A stretch of 64,000 nt of DNA. Source: Tardiphaga sp. Lineage in GTDB: Bacteria; Pseudomonadota; Alphaproteobacteria; Rhizobiales; Xanthobacteraceae. Positions 61,086-64,000 of the stretch are shown here, one piece after another. Every line of letters begins with the position of its first letter. The stretch's first letter is position 1. Where the stretch lies: contig DATCUS010000223.1 in NCBI GenBank assembly GCA_036561845.1, positions 7,965 through 71,964 of the forward strand, written 5' to 3'. The translations under genes and the position numbers were made by a program. The notes beneath the pieces were generated by a model. That model worked only from the letters and a program-made list of their open reading frames with translations. It searched no databases and was not told the origin of the DNA.

Positions 61086-61142
61086 TGTTTAGCGACTTGT
61101 TTAACGTGGCTGCAAGCCGGCCGGCTCAAATCACCACGGGAT
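61086..61142 (-). ncRNA. SAM-II (SAM_alpha) riboswitch
   Basis: Minus strand CCCGTGGTGATTTGAGCCGGCCGGCTTGCAGCCACGTTAAACAAGTCGCTAAA matches the SAM-II pattern and lies upstream of metZ. Confidence 0.9.
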
Positions 61143-61244
61143 AATCTTGCTCATATTCCGGTCGCCCCTTCCCGTCAAGCTGATGGTGGGATAACCGATA
61201 AAATTGCGTTTTCGAAAGCGTTCCAGCGCCGCGATGCGACAAGG

Positions 61245-62360
61245 ATGAGTTCAGTGCCGTTCACGCTGCCTGTTGATGCCGATGGTATTCTGCCCGACCG
61301 CATGATCGCGGCGATGGCCGATGCCGGCCTGATCCTGCCGGCCTATCCCTTCGTGGAGAGCCAGATCCAGCCGGCCTCCCTCGATCTGCGGCTCGGCGAC
61401 ATCGCCTACCGGGTCCGCGCCAGCTTTCTGCCCGGTCCGAATTCGACCGTGGCCGAGCGCATCGACGAGCTGAAGCTGCACGAAATAGATCTCTCCGACG
61501 GGGCCGTGCTGGAGACCAACTGCGTCTACATCGTGCCATTGCTCGAAAGCCTGGCGCTGCCGCCGTCGATCTTCGCCTCGGCCAATCCGAAAAGCTCCAC
61601 CGGCCGCCTCGACGTGTTCACGCGCGTGATTGCCGACGGCACCCGCCGCTTCGACGTGATCGGCGCCGGCTATCACGGCCCGCTCTATGCCGAGATCAGC
61701 CCGAAGACCTTTCCGGTGCTGCTGCGCGAGGGCTCGCGGCTGTCGCAGGTGCGGTTTCGCGTCGGCAACGCCATTCTGGACAATGAAGCGCTGGAGGACC
61801 TGCACGCGCTGGAGCCGCTGGTCGACAGCGAGGATGCCGATCTCCACAACGGAGTCGCGCTTTCAGTCGACCTGTCCGGTGACAACGAGTCCGGCTTCGT
61901 GGGCTACCGTGCCAAGCGCCACACCGGCGTGGTCGATATCGACCGCCGCGCCGGCTATGCGGTCGGCGAATTCTGGGAGCCGATCGCCGCGCGTCGCGAC
62001 GGCACGCTGATCCTCGATCCCGGCGAGTTCTACATCCTGGCCTCCAAGGAGGCGGTGCAGGTGCCGCCGGACTACGCCGCCGAGATGGTGCCGTTCGACC
62101 CGCTGGTCGGCGAGTTTCGTGTCCATTATGCCGGCTTCTTCGATCCCGGCTTTGGCCACGACGGTGCCGGCGGCCGCGGCTCGCGCGCGGTGCTCGAAGT
62201 GCGCTCGCGCGAAGTGCCGTTCATCCTCGAGCACGGCCAGATCGTCGGCCGCCTGGTCTACGAGAAAATGCTGTCGCGCCCTGATGCGTTGTACGGCCAG
62301 CGCATCGGCTCGAACTACCAGGGCCAGAGCCTGAAGCTGTCGAAGCATTTCAAGGTATAG
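61245..62360 (+). CDS. dcd: dCTP deaminase (alphaproteobacterial long form)
   Basis: QPASLDLRLG, NPKSSTGRLD and HYAGFFDPGFG. Confidence 0.92.
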   Translation: MSSVPFTLPVDADGILPDRMIAAMADAGLILPAYPFVESQIQPASLDLRLGDIAYRVRASFLPGPNSTVAERIDELKLHEIDLSDGAVLETNCVYIVPLLESLALPPSIFASANPKSSTGRLDVFTRVIADGTRRFDVIGAGYHGPLYAEISPKTFPVLLREGSRLSQVRFRVGNAILDNEALEDLHALEPLVDSEDADLHNGVALSVDLSGDNESGFVGYRAKRHTGVVDIDRRAGYAVGEFWEPIAARRDGTLILDPGEFYILASKEAVQVPPDYAAEMVPFDPLVGEFRVHYAGFFDPGFGHDGAGGRGSRAVLEVRSREVPFILEHGQIVGRLVYEKMLSRPDALYGQRIGSNYQGQSLKLSKHFKV

Positions 62361-62528
62361 CGGCCGGCGCGGCGGTGAACGTCGCGAAGATCCCGGGAAT
62401 TCGACGGCAGCGGTCACAATCGGATCGCGCGCTGGCTGACGACGGATCGAAGGCGCTTGTTCCTCTCGGGAACCTGCGCGCCCGGCAGGTGTTATCGGAC
62501 GTTCGCCATTCGAACATCTGGAGACACC

Positions 62529-64000
62529 TTGAACCGACGACAACTCCTTGGGGCCTCGGCCGCGCTTCCGCTGCTGACCATATTGCCCCGCAGCCTTGCC
62601 GCGGCGCCTGGCCCGTCACCATTCGACGCCTCGGTCGTACGGCAGATTGCGCGCGACGCAGCCGCCAAGCCGTACAAGGCGCCGGACAACAAGCTGCCGG
62701 ATTCCCTCAAGGATCTCGATTACGACCAGTACCGCGCGCTGCGCTTCAACCCCGAAAAGGCGCTGTGGCACGGCCAGAAGCTGCCGTTCGAGGTGCAGTT
62801 CTTTCACCGCGGCTCGTTCTACACCAACCGCGTCGACATCTATGAAGTGGCCAACGGGCAGGCGACCCAGGTCCCCTATCAGCCCGAGAATTTCTCCTTC
62901 GGCACCACGCCGCCACCGCCGCCCGGCACCGATCTCGGTTTCGGCGGCTTCCGGCTGCACGCGCCGATCAACAAGCCCGATTATTATGACGAGGTTTGCG
63001 TCTTCCTCGGCGCCAGCTATTTTCGCGCGGTTGCCAAGGGCCAAGTCTACGGCCTGTCAGCGCGCGGCCTGTCGATCAACACCGGCGAGGCTGCCGGCGA
63101 AGAATTTCCGCAGTTCAAGGCGTTCTGGATCGAGAAGCCGGCGTCCAACGCCAGCTCCATCGTGGTGCACGCGCTGCTCGACAGCGAAAGCGCCGCGGCC
63201 GCCTATCGCTTCACGATCCGTCCGGGCGAAACCACCATTTTCGACGTGGAGATGGCGATCTATCCGCGCGTCGACCTGAAGAATGCCGGGCTGGCGCCGA
63301 TCACCAGCATGTTCTTCTTCGGTCCGAACGACCGCAAGGAGGTCGATGACTTCCGCCCCGCCGTGCACGATTCCGATGGGCTGGCGATCTATAACGGGCG
63401 CGGCGAGCAATTGTGGCGGCCGCTGAGCAACCCGCGTGACCTGCAGATCAGCTCGTTCGGGGACCTCAATCCGCGCGGCTTCGGACTGATGCAGCGGCAG
63501 AAGAATTTCCTCGACTACCAGGATCTCGAATCCAGCTTCGAACGGCGGCCCAGCCTGTGGGTCGAGCCGATCGGCGACTGGGGCGAGGGATCGGTGCAGC
63601 TGCTGGAAATTCCCACCAAGGAAGAGATCCACGACAACATCGCCAGCTTCTGGCGTCCGAAGAACCCGCTCGCTGCGAAGGGCGAGCACACCTACACCTA
63701 TCGCCTGCACTGGGGGCCGGATCATCCGAAGCCCTCGGCGCTGGCCATCTTCTCCCGCAGCGGCATCGGTGCGCGCGGCGACGACGTCAAGCTGTTCGTG
63801 CTCGACCTGATCGGCGAGAGGCTGAAAGCCATCGATCCCGCGAAGATCAAGGGCGTGGTCACCGCCGAAAAGGCCGAGATCCGCAACATCGTCACCCAGC
63901 CCAATCCGCAGAGCGGCGGCTGGCGCCTCAGCTTCGAAATGCCGGTCAAGGGCAAGGAGCCGGTCGAGCTGCGGGCGTCGCTGATGCAGGACGATCAGGC
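62529..64000 (+). CDS. Periplasmic glucan biosynthesis protein OpgG/OpgD family (runs off the window end)
   Basis: TTG start after GGAG gives the Tat signal MNRRQLL. Contains LDYDQYRALRF, FLGASYFRA, YGLSARGL, RPAVHDSDGL and PTKEEIHDNI. Confidence 0.9.
   Translation, partial: MNRRQLLGASAALPLLTILPRSLAAAPGPSPFDASVVRQIARDAAAKPYKAPDNKLPDSLKDLDYDQYRALRFNPEKALWHGQKLPFEVQFFHRGSFYTNRVDIYEVANGQATQVPYQPENFSFGTTPPPPPGTDLGFGGFRLHAPINKPDYYDEVCVFLGASYFRAVAKGQVYGLSARGLSINTGEAAGEEFPQFKAFWIEKPASNASSIVVHALLDSESAAAAYRFTIRPGETTIFDVEMAIYPRVDLKNAGLAPITSMFFFGPNDRKEVDDFRPAVHDSDGLAIYNGRGEQLWRPLSNPRDLQISSFGDLNPRGFGLMQRQKNFLDYQDLESSFERRPSLWVEPIGDWGEGSVQLLEIPTKEEIHDNIASFWRPKNPLAAKGEHTYTYRLHWGPDHPKPSALAIFSRSGIGARGDDVKLFVLDLIGERLKAIDPAKIKGVVTAEKAEIRNIVTQPNPQSGGWRLSFEMPVKGKEPVELRASLMQDDQ

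Overview
High-GC alphaproteobacterial chromosomal DNA. Gene content, codon style and the intergenic palindrome families point to Bradyrhizobium or a close Nitrobacteraceae relative (inference). It holds about 55 CDSs, with no tRNA, rRNA, CRISPR array, transposase or integrase seen. Left to right: ahpCD; a molybdenum-handling set (Mop/TOBE, DUF2478, ModA, ModD, no modBC); a sulfonate/nitrate-type ABC transporter with a Crp/Fnr regulator, DUF971, an AprAB/AsfAB-like flavoprotein-ferredoxin pair and a HEAT-repeat protein; a Mo-bisPGD oxidoreductase; an SDR; a LIV-type ABC transporter; a CPA1 antiporter; a GT4 / ABC exporter / amylo-alpha-1,6-glucosidase / PRC-barrel / MFS block with an EcfG-type promoter; a class V aminotransferase; LssY_C; an SNase-like nuclease; an unannotated DxDTT protein resembling class II terpene cyclases; a module of two Tyr/Ser pseudo-caspases, two hairpin-less RND adaptors, an RND permease, an OmpA-like protein and a Crp regulator; a homogentisate cluster (MarR, FAD monooxygenase, DUF2783, MBL, hmgA, Lrp, hppD); CaiB; form II coxSLM; pcaIJ; metZ under a SAM-II riboswitch with a terminator; dcd; and a partial opgG/D. 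About nine REP/MITE-like palindromic elements of several families lie between genes. The strongest candidates for an undescribed system are the pseudo-caspase/RND module, the AprAB-like module (whose binding protein carries a NosL-like domain) and the terpene-cyclase-like orphan. All family calls come from motif recognition by eye; no database search was run.
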